32,000 nucleotides of DNA from Nostoc punctiforme PCC 73102 (lineage in GTDB: Bacteria; Cyanobacteriota; Cyanobacteriia; Cyanobacteriales; Nostocaceae), in assembly GCF_000020025.1 (NCBI RefSeq), contig NC_010628.1, forward strand, positions 2,160,001 through 2,192,000, in the 5' to 3' direction. The translations under genes were made by a program, and so were the position numbers. Under the pieces are notes generated by a model that searched no databases, was not told the origin of the DNA, and worked only from the letters and a program-made list of their open reading frames with translations. Of the stretch, positions 16,841 through 25,394 are shown piece after piece. Every line of letters starts with the position of its first letter. Within the stretch, counting starts at the first letter, position 1.

Positions 16841-19800
16841 CTATGAAAATACCCGTCGCAACTTAACTTGATTAAGCTTCTTCCGCCATGATTCCATATA
16901 TATATAGAACACAGGCGTTAAATACAAGGTCAATATCTGAGAAAACACCAGTCCGCCCACAACTGCAATCCCTAGAGGACGGCGGGATTCGGAACCAGCC
17001 CCAAATCCGATCGCTATGGGCAAGGTTCCCATTAATGCTGCCATCGTCGTCATCATAATCGGACGGAAGCGCACTAAGCAGGCTTGATAGATTGCCTCAG
17101 ACGGTTTTTTCAATTCTTCTCGCTGGGCAACAATTGCAAAATCTACCATCATGATGCCGTTTTTCTTCACAATGCCCACTAAGAGAATTATGCCGATAAA
17201 GGAATAAACATTTAGTTCGACATGAAATATTATCAGCGTTAATAATGCCCCAAAACCTGCTGAAGGCAAACCGGAAAGAATCGTAATTGGGTGAATGAAA
17301 TCCTCATAGAGAATACCCAAAATCAGATAAATTACGAGGATGGCGATCGCTAACAATAAACCCAAACTCGGCAGTGAACTTTGAAATACCTGGCTTGCAC
17401 CCTGAAAGCTGGTGCTAATGCTGGCAGGAATTACCCGATCGATCAGTTTTTGAATCTCTTCGTTGGCATTTCCCAAGGACACACCGGGGGCGAGGTTAAA
17501 GGAAATGGTGGCGGCGTTCATCCGACCGTTATGATTGACCATTAACGGGCTGACTCCCTGAGATAGTTTGGCGAATGTCTTCAAAGGAACTGCCACTCCT
17601 GTGCTGGAGTTAATATACAATGTCAAAAGTGCGTTGATATCCTCCTGATACTGCGGTGCTAATTCCAAAATCACTTGATACTCATTGGTCGCTGCATAGA
17701 TGGTTGACACTTGGTAGGAACCGTAAGCACTTCTGAGGGTATTTTCGATTTGCTCGGCGGTAATCCCATAAGTTGAGGCTTTATCGCGGTCAATGTCAAT
17801 TTGAATTTGGGAAGCAAACTGTAAATCGCTGTTGACATCCTGGAGTTCTGTCATATCCTTCATCTTGGTAACAAGTTGGGGAACATACTCCTGTAAGAGT
17901 TTGACATCAGAACTCTGGAGTGCAACTTGATAAAGTCCTGTGCTTTGTTGAGCGCCAATGGGAATCGCTGGGGGATTTTGTAAGAATACTTGGATGCCTG
18001 GAACAGTGGCGAGTTTGGTTCGCAAATTTTGCACAATTTCGTCAGCACCAAGTTGGCGCTGCGATCGCGGTTTTAACCGAATAAACAAACTCCCAGAATT
18101 GGCTGCAACTGCTGCCCCACCGCCACTAGCACTGGCTCCCGCCCCGATATTGGAGTTGACTGCATCTACATTTGGGTCTTGGCGAATCAGGTTAGCAACT
18201 GTCTGCTGATGTTGGACAAGATTATCGAAGGACGCATCTTCGGCTGCTTGGGTAATACCTGTAATTTGTCCGGTATCTTCGCTAGGAATAAAGCCCTTGG
18301 GAACTATCACCAACAACCCAACTGTCACCGCCAATAAAAAGACAGATAAAATCATCGTGGTGCGGTGATATTTTAAGACTTTTTTGAGACTCCAATCGTA
18401 CAAACCGAGGAAGCGATCGAAGACATATTCGGAAGCTTGGTATAACCGACTTTGATTAGCATGATCCACAGGACGCAGAAAACGGCTGCATAACATCGGA
18501 GTCAGAGTCAAAGACACAAAACCAGATACCAGAATTGCAACTGCGATCGTCACAGCAAATTCATGAAATAATCGCCCTAGTACTTCACTCATGAACAACA
18601 TGGGGATGAAGACTGCAACTAAGGAAAGGGTCATTGACAGAATTGTGAAACCAATTTCTCTCGACCCATTCAACGCCGCTTCTAACGGACGTTCCCCCAT
18701 TTCGATATGACGGACGATATTTTCTAGCATGACGATCGCATCATCTACTACGAAACCCACAGAAAGGGTCAACGCCATCAGCGACAGGTTATCTAGTGAG
18801 TAGTGCAGCAAATACATCACTGCAAAAGTGCCAATCAGCGAAACGGGTAATGCCAAACTAGGAATCACTGTGGCCGAGAGGTTCCGCAAAAAGATGAAAA
18901 TTACTAAGATAACTAGAGCGATCGTCAAAATCAAGGTAAATCTGACATCATCCACTGAATCTCGAATTGACTGAGACGCATCATAGAGAATCCCAATTTC
19001 CACGGATGCCGGAATCTGCTCTCGTAACTTTGGCAGCAAATTCTTAATCGTGTCTACAACTTGTACCGTATTGGTTCCTGGCTGTCTTTGAATGGTGAGA
19101 ATAATGGCGCGGGTATTGTTGTACCAGCTTGCTACTTTGTCATTTTCTACACTGTCAATAATCCTGCCCAGTTGATTGAGATAGATGGGCATTCCATCTT
19201 TATAAGAGACAATCAACTGCCGATAAGCAGCCGCATCTTCAAGTTGCCCGTTAGTCTGAACTGTAAAATTCTTATGATTTCCCGAAAGACTGCCAGTAGG
19301 TAAATTGACGTTACCCTGTTGAATTGCCGTCGCCACCTGATCCAGTCCAATTTGCCGTGCTGCCAATTGCTGCGGATCGAGTTGAATTCGAGCCGCATAC
19401 TTTTGGGAACCGTAGACAGCTACCTGTGCTACCCCATTGATTGTAGATAACTTTTGCGCCAGATAAGTCTCGGCATAATTATCTACCTGGGAAAGCGGCA
19501 GTGTGGGAGAGTCTAAGTAAAGGTAAAGAATCGGTTGATCTGCGGGGTTAACCTTACTGTAGGTGGGAGGATTGGGTAAATCCGTGGCAATTTGCCCCGA
19601 TGCTCCTGATATGGCTGCTTCTACATCCTGCGCTGCATCATCAATGTTGCGACTCAAGTTGAATTGCAGTGTAATTTGAGTCTGTCCCAGAGTGCTAGTT
19701 GAATTGAGCGAATCGAGTCCAGCAATACTGGAAAATTGCTTCTCTAAAGGACGAGCAACCGATGCTGCCATTGTTTCCGGGCTAGCTCCCGGTCGGGAGG

Positions 19801-19945
19801 CGCTTACCTGAATTGTGGGATAATCCACACTGGGTAAATCGCTGATTGGCAGCAAGCGATAACTCATAAAACCGAAAATCAAAATTGCCGTCATCACCAG
19901 AGTCGTCATGATCGGACGACGGATAAATGGTTCCGAAAGGTTCAT
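16841..19945 (-). CDS. RND efflux permease (HAE1, AcrB/MdtB-like), proximal paralogue
   Basis: 1034 aa. N-terminus MNLSEPFIRRPIMTTLVM and VVDDAIVMLENI motif. The start ATG overlaps the adaptor stop (ATGA at 19942-19945). Confidence 0.93.
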   Translation of the reverse strand: MNLSEPFIRRPIMTTLVMTAILIFGFMSYRLLPISDLPSVDYPTIQVSASRPGASPETMAASVARPLEKQFSSIAGLDSLNSTSTLGQTQITLQFNLSRNIDDAAQDVEAAISGASGQIATDLPNPPTYSKVNPADQPILYLYLDSPTLPLSQVDNYAETYLAQKLSTINGVAQVAVYGSQKYAARIQLDPQQLAARQIGLDQVATAIQQGNVNLPTGSLSGNHKNFTVQTNGQLEDAAAYRQLIVSYKDGMPIYLNQLGRIIDSVENDKVASWYNNTRAIILTIQRQPGTNTVQVVDTIKNLLPKLREQIPASVEIGILYDASQSIRDSVDDVRFTLILTIALVILVIFIFLRNLSATVIPSLALPVSLIGTFAVMYLLHYSLDNLSLMALTLSVGFVVDDAIVMLENIVRHIEMGERPLEAALNGSREIGFTILSMTLSLVAVFIPMLFMSEVLGRLFHEFAVTIAVAILVSGFVSLTLTPMLCSRFLRPVDHANQSRLYQASEYVFDRFLGLYDWSLKKVLKYHRTTMILSVFLLAVTVGLLVIVPKGFIPSEDTGQITGITQAAEDASFDNLVQHQQTVANLIRQDPNVDAVNSNIGAGASASGGGAAVAANSGSLFIRLKPRSQRQLGADEIVQNLRTKLATVPGIQVFLQNPPAIPIGAQQSTGLYQVALQSSDVKLLQEYVPQLVTKMKDMTELQDVNSDLQFASQIQIDIDRDKASTYGITAEQIENTLRSAYGSYQVSTIYAATNEYQVILELAPQYQEDINALLTLYINSSTGVAVPLKTFAKLSQGVSPLMVNHNGRMNAATISFNLAPGVSLGNANEEIQKLIDRVIPASISTSFQGASQVFQSSLPSLGLLLAIAILVIYLILGILYEDFIHPITILSGLPSAGFGALLTLIIFHVELNVYSFIGIILLVGIVKKNGIMMVDFAIVAQREELKKPSEAIYQACLVRFRPIMMTTMAALMGTLPIAIGFGAGSESRRPLGIAVVGGLVFSQILTLYLTPVFYIYMESWRKKLNQVKLRRVFS

Positions 19946-21519
19946 GATTCACCCCCGCCTGACTTCGGGGATTCTCCCCCTTGCTCCTTGGTCACTGAGC
20001 GCAGTCGAAGTGTGCCCCCTGCCCCTCTTCTTGACTTCGAGGAATTTCCATTTGAGTCATTGCCGCTTGTTTTAATGCGGATTTTGCTACCCGAAATAAG
20101 ATTCGCTTGACCATCGGTGACAATTTTATCGCCTGGTTGCGGCCCTTTTTGAACCACATCTAGTCCATCAATGGTGCTGCTAATTGTAACTGGCACATTT
20201 TCCACCGTCATGTCTGGCTTAACTACAAACACAAACTGGCCATCCGGACCATTCTGCACGGCTTGGCTGGGGACAACCGTTGCATTCGGTTGTTCAGTCA
20301 GCGTTAGCGTTGTGTTCACAAATTGACCAGGAAACAAGTGTCCCTGAGCGTTGTCGAAGTCGCCAATCAGTTGAATTGTCCCTGTGGTGTTATCGACCGT
20401 ATTATTGACAAAAGTCAAAACACCTGGTGCGGGATGAGCTTGATCGTTGGGGAACGTCACATCTACCTTCAGCCTGCCATTCTGCATATACTTTTGTACC
20501 TGGGGCAGATTTGTTTCGGGAATGGAAAAAGCAACTTGAATCGGGCGAATTTGGGTTAGGGTAACAAGCGGAGTCGTACTGTTAGCTTGCACCACATTGC
20601 CCTGAGTCACCAGAATATTGCCAGCGCGGCCATCAATCGGCGCATAAATTTTGGCGTAAGATAATTGCACTTTGGTATTGTCTAATGCTCCCCGATCGGA
20701 ACGGACAACGGCTTGAGCATTCGCGATCGCAGCTCGATCGCCTTGGACAACTGCTCCAGCATTAGTCAGCGCCACGCGATCGCTTTTCAAAACTGCTTCA
20801 GCATTAGCGATCGCTTCTCGATCTGCTTGCAGAGTTGCTGTAGCCGATTTGCTGTTAGAAACGTATTGCTGTGCTTGATCTAAACTAATCGCGCCCTTTT
20901 TGTACAATGCACTATAGCGATCGCTCTGTCCCTGAGCAAATTCTGCTTGCGCTCGATCTTTAGCTAAATTCGCCTGAGCTTGTCGCACCAAAGCTTGGTC
21001 TTTGACTAAAGTGGCTCTAGCTTGGTCTACCTGACCCAAATCTCTAGTTAATGCATCTCTGGCTTGTTGTACCGAGGCTTGGTCTTTTGCTACAGTACCT
21101 TGAGCTTGCTGGATTGCAGCAGTTTGCGATCGGTCATCTAGGGTAAACAAAAGTTGTCCCTTTTTCACATCTTGACCTTTCTTAAAATAAACCCCAATAA
21201 TCCGTCCGCTAGCTTCGGGCGTAATCGATACCGTAGAACCCGATTGCACATTCCCGATCGCCTGCAATTGCACCGGAACCGTTTTTTGTGTCACCATTGC
21301 CACGGTTACAGGTGTAACTTGCTGTTTATTGCGCCCAGATTTTTCAGCTTTGTCTGACTTGGCTGCACCCGCATGGATACCAAAAAAATCCAACCCAGCT
21401 AGCAACAGCACGCCCAAAATTACCAAACGAATCTTTTTCTTTTTTGGCGATCGCGGTAACTTCGGCTCTATACTGTTCTCGTTTTCAGTCAAACTCTCAC
21501 TAGTAATTTCATGGTTCAT
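19942..21519 (-). CDS. RND periplasmic adaptor (membrane fusion protein) with unusually long coiled-coil hairpin
   Basis: Contains an N-terminal TM anchor, a lipoyl/barrel-type segment (GRIIGVYFKKGQDVKKGQLLFTLD ... IYAPIDGRAGN) and C-terminal beta domains. The track start 21531 is GTG. The ATG at 21519 is preceded by GGAGG (21525-21529, minus strand) with a 5-nt spacer. Confidence 0.9.
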   Translation of the reverse strand: MNHEITSESLTENENSIEPKLPRSPKKKKIRLVILGVLLLAGLDFFGIHAGAAKSDKAEKSGRNKQQVTPVTVAMVTQKTVPVQLQAIGNVQSGSTVSITPEASGRIIGVYFKKGQDVKKGQLLFTLDDRSQTAAIQQAQGTVAKDQASVQQARDALTRDLGQVDQARATLVKDQALVRQAQANLAKDRAQAEFAQGQSDRYSALYKKGAISLDQAQQYVSNSKSATATLQADREAIANAEAVLKSDRVALTNAGAVVQGDRAAIANAQAVVRSDRGALDNTKVQLSYAKIYAPIDGRAGNILVTQGNVVQANSTTPLVTLTQIRPIQVAFSIPETNLPQVQKYMQNGRLKVDVTFPNDQAHPAPGVLTFVNNTVDNTTGTIQLIGDFDNAQGHLFPGQFVNTTLTLTEQPNATVVPSQAVQNGPDGQFVFVVKPDMTVENVPVTISSTIDGLDVVQKGPQPGDKIVTDGQANLISGSKIRIKTSGNDSNGNSSKSRRGAGGTLRLRSVTKEQGGESPKSGGGES

Positions 21520-21547
21520 CAGAACCTCCACTGGATTTTAGTTTATT

Positions 21548-21752
21548 AAAAACAGAATTCAGGAGTCAGAAGCCAGAATTCAGTATGATAGGACTTAAGC
21601 AAAATATCTCTCAAACTCCCATTTCTCCGTGTCCTCTGCGCCTCTGCGGTAGCCTGCGGCAAGCCACTTCTCTACGAGACGCTACGCGAACGTGTCTACG
21701 TTATTTCGTAATAATTTATTTTGAATTCTTAATTCTGCCTTCTGAATTCTTT
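21548..21752. repeat. Intergenic region built almost entirely of nested small repeats
   Basis: The outer gaattc-rich arms are cagaattcaggagtcagaagccagaattcag (about 21553-21583) and gaattcttaattctgccttctgaattc (about 21723-21749), in inverse orientation. The inner part has ctccgtgtcctctgcgcctctgcggt (one arm of the 16669 element family) and ctctacgagacgctacgcgaacgtgtctacg. Confidence 0.5.
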
Positions 21753-21760
21753 TTCAATAC

Positions 21761-22726
21761 TTAACTTAACTGCTGCTGTAAAAGTTTAAGAGCTTGTTTT
21801 TCTATCTGCCGGACTCGTTCTCGACTAATACCCAAACGCTGACCAATCTGTTGTAGAGAAAGTTCTTCTCCATCTGTCAATCCAAAGTGCAAATTTAATA
21901 TTTCTTGTTGTTGGCGAGACAAATTTGACAATAAACTGTTAACCTCTTGATTGAGAGATTCCTCTGTGATATAGCTGTTAGAAGAATATTTATAATCTTC
22001 TATTAAATCTTGTAATCTTAAATCTTTTTCTGAGCTAACTCGAATATCAAGAGAGATAGTTCGAGTAGCCAAAAGCAGAAATTCTCGAATCTGACTAGGT
22101 TTTAAAGAAAGTGCATTAGCAATTTCCGTACTGGTGGGAATCCGACCTAGTGTTTGAGATAGCTCTCGCTGAACACGCTTAATTTTGTTTAATTTTTCAT
22201 TGATGTGAATGGGTAATCGAATCGCGCGTCCTTGCTGGGCGATCGCTCTGGTAATTCCTTGACGAATCCACCAGTAAGCGTAGGTTGAAAACCTATATCC
22301 TAGAGCCGGATTGAATTTTTCAACCCCTCTTTCCAAACCTAATGTACCTTCTTGAATTAAGTCCATCAGTTCTAAGTTACGTCTCTGATATTGCTTGGCA
22401 ATTGATACCACCAGCCGGAGATTAGCCGTTATCATTTTATGTTTGGCTTTTTTCCCTTGATTTAGCTGCTGAAGTAGTTCCTGTTCGCTTAACTGCATCT
22501 GGTTAGCCCATTCTGACAGCGTGGGTGTACGCTTTAATTCAATAGTCAGTTTTTCTGATTCAGCAAGTATTGTCATCAGTTGCTGAACTTCTTGGGCAAA
22601 AATAATTTCTTGCTCCTGGGTTAACAGAGGTATCCTGCCAATTTCTTTAAGATAAGCACGGACTGTATCAGTTGTAGCTTTGTTTGTGTTACTAGCTTTA
22701 GTATCTGAGAATGTTAAGTTACTCAT
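21761..22726 (-). CDS. RNA polymerase sigma-70 factor, group 2 (RpoD-like)
   Basis: Contains [21 protein letters not shown] (region 1.2) and [41 protein letters not shown] (region 2). Also has [16 protein letters not shown] (region 3) and the region 4 [28 protein letters not shown]. The track start 22846 is TTG and reads through a dispersed repeat. The ATG at 22726 gives 321 aa. Confidence 0.9.
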   Translation of the reverse strand: MSNLTFSDTKASNTNKATTDTVRAYLKEIGRIPLLTQEQEIIFAQEVQQLMTILAESEKLTIELKRTPTLSEWANQMQLSEQELLQQLNQGKKAKHKMITANLRLVVSIAKQYQRRNLELMDLIQEGTLGLERGVEKFNPALGYRFSTYAYWWIRQGITRAIAQQGRAIRLPIHINEKLNKIKRVQRELSQTLGRIPTSTEIANALSLKPSQIREFLLLATRTISLDIRVSSEKDLRLQDLIEDYKYSSNSYITEESLNQEVNSLLSNLSRQQQEILNLHFGLTDGEELSLQQIGQRLGISRERVRQIEKQALKLLQQQLS

Positions 22727-22786
22727 ATAGCAATCAGATTTGATTTCTAAATTGTTTGCTGAGGCAGGTAATAGGAAAGAAGCAAG

Positions 22787-22849
22787 AGGCAAAAGGCAAT
22801 ATTTAAGAAGGCTCTTTGAGCTATATTGAATATTTTCAAAAATCAAATA
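22787..22849. repeat. 63-nt dispersed repeat, copy 1 (upstream of the sigma factor gene)
   Basis: aggcaaaaggcaatatttaagaaggctctttgagctatattgaatattttcaaaaatcaaata. By hand alignment, 54 of 63 positions are identical to 31044-31106, ungapped and in the same orientation. Confidence 0.7.
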
Positions 22850-23012
22850 AACATGAGTCCAATAGTTAGTCTCTGCCTATTAATTAGGATATTTTTGATT
22901 AGGAAAAAATCGCAGATAGTGACTTGAAGAACCATAAAGATTTTTATAAAAACCTAGGTATCAAGCACTAGTTCCAAAAGAGCAATCAACACCCAAATTG
23001 CTAGAAAAACAA

Positions 23013-23279
23013 TTACAGGTAGGCTGATATCGGGAAACTCCCTTTGTAAATCGATAATGCCAGAAGAAATGACAACTTAACGATCGCGAGAATAAAACGG
23101 CTGATCTCCAGGATGCGATTGTAAAGTCTGGAAAATCCCTCCAGGATTTCTTCCATATTATTGATGACAAGTAAAATTTGTTGTCGGTGCAAATAGGTGG
23201 CTAATGAGCATTCTGGCTGCACTTGCACCCATTCATATTCATTCTTGAAATTATCTAAAAGCTTGTCTACAGGTAGCAT
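23013..23279 (-). CDS. Hypothetical 88-aa ORF, possibly a degenerate gene
   Basis: Supported only by an open frame. I recognise no motif. It overlaps a second ORF (22961-23170) in another frame. Confidence 0.2.
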   Translation of the reverse strand: MLPVDKLLDNFKNEYEWVQVQPECSLATYLHRQQILLVINNMEEILEGFSRLYNRILEISRFILAIVKLSFLLALSIYKGSFPISAYL

Positions 23280-23318
23280 CTGGGAGCATAGTAGATATTG
23301 TCAAAAGTATCCGTGTAC

Positions 23319-24599
23319 TTATTTCTCACCCTGCAAACTCACACGATTGGCCCCAGACTGAATCAATTTGCCCAAGTCAGCAACGGCGCTAGCATACTGA
23401 GGATCGGCTAATGTCCCCAAGGTTCGGTTTTCTACTAATGCTTTCTGTTGTGCCTCGCTTAACTCCACGGTAATATCTGGTGCAATGCCAACATGATTGA
23501 TATCTCGACCTTTTGGTGTGTAGTATTTGGCGATCGTTAGTTTCAACCCCGAACCATCGTCCAGTGGCTCTACAGCTTGAACTAAACCTTTCCCGAAAGT
23601 GCGAGTCCCTACTAACGTGGCGCGATTATCATCTTGCAGCGCTCCTGACAGAATTTCGCTGGCGCTGGCAGATCCTTTATCGACCAGTATCACTAAGGGT
23701 TTGTTGGTGAGAGGATGTCCCGACGCATTGTAACTATCTTTAACTCGATCTCGATTTACCAAAGACACGATTGCTCCTTGTTTTAACCACATACTGGCAA
23801 TTTGCAAACTCGCATCCAGCAGTCCACCTGGATCGGAACGCAGATCCAAAACGTAACCTTGCACCTGTTGTTTTTCTAGTGCTTCAATTGCCCGATGCAT
23901 CTGGGCGGGTGCAGTCTGCGTAAACTCTGGTAAACGAATATAACCAATCTTACCCGCTGCCGTCGTTTGGGTGTTGTAAGTTACAGGGTGGATAGCAATA
24001 TTTGCACGGGTAAGCTTGAAAGTTTGGGATTGGCTACCCCGTTTAATCGTGAGTACTACTTCGGTTCCCACTGGGCCCACAATCCGCTTAACGGCATCCT
24101 CTATTTTCATTCCTTGAGTGATTTGACCGTTAATCTGGACAATTAAATCACCCGGCAAAATACCCGCTTTAAAAGCAGGCGTTCCTTCAATTGGAGCAAC
24201 AACAGTTAAAGCTTTAGTCTTTTCATTTTCTGCCAGTTCCAGCCCTACACCACTGAGGTTGCCAGAAATATCGCTATTTAGGGCTTTAAATTCCTGGGGG
24301 TCGTAAAACTCGGTGTAGCGATCGCCTAATTTAGACACCATTTCTTGAATTGCGCCATAAGCCTCTTTCTTAGAACTATAAGATCGGCTAAGATACTGCT
24401 GTCGAATTGCTTTCCAATCTTGATGGTTAAAATTGCTATCAACATAATTTTTATCTAGGATTTGCCACACCTCATCCACTAGTTTTTGAGGGCTAGCTTG
24501 AGTTTTACCTAGAACTTCAGAAGTGTAGAGACTAGTTCCTGCCAGGATTGCGGCAATAACGGCGAGTTCTATCCTGACGATCGATTTTTGCTTGAACAT
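23319..24599 (-). CDS. Carboxyl-terminal processing protease (peptidase S41, Ctp family) with PDZ domain
   Basis: Has a signal/anchor N-terminus and a PDZ-like segment (GVGLELAENEKTKALTVVAPIEGTPAFKAGILPGDLIVQING). The catalytic-Ser context is GSASASEI and the Lys context is TFGKG. Confidence 0.9.
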   Translation of the reverse strand: MFKQKSIVRIELAVIAAILAGTSLYTSEVLGKTQASPQKLVDEVWQILDKNYVDSNFNHQDWKAIRQQYLSRSYSSKKEAYGAIQEMVSKLGDRYTEFYDPQEFKALNSDISGNLSGVGLELAENEKTKALTVVAPIEGTPAFKAGILPGDLIVQINGQITQGMKIEDAVKRIVGPVGTEVVLTIKRGSQSQTFKLTRANIAIHPVTYNTQTTAAGKIGYIRLPEFTQTAPAQMHRAIEALEKQQVQGYVLDLRSDPGGLLDASLQIASMWLKQGAIVSLVNRDRVKDSYNASGHPLTNKPLVILVDKGSASASEILSGALQDDNRATLVGTRTFGKGLVQAVEPLDDGSGLKLTIAKYYTPKGRDINHVGIAPDITVELSEAQQKALVENRTLGTLADPQYASAVADLGKLIQSGANRVSLQGEK

Positions 24600-24723
24600 A
24601 CTTTAACTATTAAAGAATAATACAGATAGAATTCATTCGGAATTATGGTTCCTGTTAGCGGATAGCTAGGGTTTAGTCCGCCCTGAATTCTGTTTGATAA
24701 AACTACTAGGAATTATCTTGAGA

Positions 24724-25095
24724 TTATCCTTGACGGCGGGGATAGGCAGCTTTAAAAATATCCTGAATTTTAGTCTTTTGTTCAGCCGTGAGATTCAAAC
24801 TGAACACTGCTTTACGCATTTTTTCACCTTGTTGCAATTTTGCTGACAATTCCTTGACCTGATCTGGGGTCAGAACTGCCTCAACTTGCTGGCGAATTGC
24901 TTCGCGCTTCTGGGCGCGTTCTGGCGTATTCGCTCCAGGAGAGCTTGGTGCAGAAGTGTTGGTATCAGATACCTTTGTCCCAGAGTTGTCCCCTTGAGAC
25001 ACATCGGGAGACTTAGAACTGCTGCAACCTGTCATCCCTGTAATGAGGATAGTTGCAAATAAAAGAGTTGGTAAAATTATCTGTTTTTTAATCAT
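24724..25095 (-). CDS. Spy/CpxP-like periplasmic protein (LTxxQ motifs), probable lipoprotein
   Basis: The signal peptide ends in ...ITGMTGC, a lipobox-like Cys. A low-complexity linker follows, then two LTxxQ motifs (LTPDQVKEL and LTAEQKTKIQ) in a short helical domain. 123 aa. Confidence 0.65.
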   Translation of the reverse strand: MIKKQIILPTLLFATILITGMTGCSSSKSPDVSQGDNSGTKVSDTNTSAPSSPGANTPERAQKREAIRQQVEAVLTPDQVKELSAKLQQGEKMRKAVFSLNLTAEQKTKIQDIFKAAYPRRQG

Positions 25096-25301
25096 TTAGT
25101 TTTCTGGTTTTTGTTGTTATGTAATATGAGTGTTCTCAATACAGTTTGGTTGGCTTGTTTATCGAGCGAATATCACCCTTGTCTCTTATTCAAAAGTTTT
25201 TTGACTTACACCAGCTAATCTTAAAAGTTGGGATAAATTTGTGCATGAGCTAGAATTCCTAACCTGACCAGTAAAAAAGTACTTAAGTTATTGTGACTTT
25301 T

Positions 25302-25316
25302 TTCCTAATTTAGGAA
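25302..25316. promoter_or_regulatory. Perfect 7-1-7 palindrome TTCCTAA-T-TTAGGAA in the divergent promoter region (candidate operator)
   Basis: ttcctaa (25302-25308) is the reverse complement of ttaggaa (25310-25316). An extra TTCCTAA half-site lies at 25256-25262. The palindrome is 79 nt upstream of the kinase GTG at 25395. Confidence 0.3.
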
Positions 25317-25394
25317 TGTTTAATCAGTCGGAACGGCTCTATTCATGCTAAAGACAGATTCGTTATATAGGAAGAAGAGTTTCATTCTAAAATT

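Noticed and set aside
1021-22846. N-terminal extensions of track ORFs: 1104 for the PRT, 5119 for the M50 protease, 5202 for the MBL hydrolase, 12440 for the orphan ORF, 21531 for the adaptor, 22846 for the sigma factor.
   Set aside because: I checked the codons. These starts are TTG or GTG. Downstream in-frame ATGs give family-typical N-termini, in one case with a GGAGG upstream. The sigma extension reads through a dispersed repeat.
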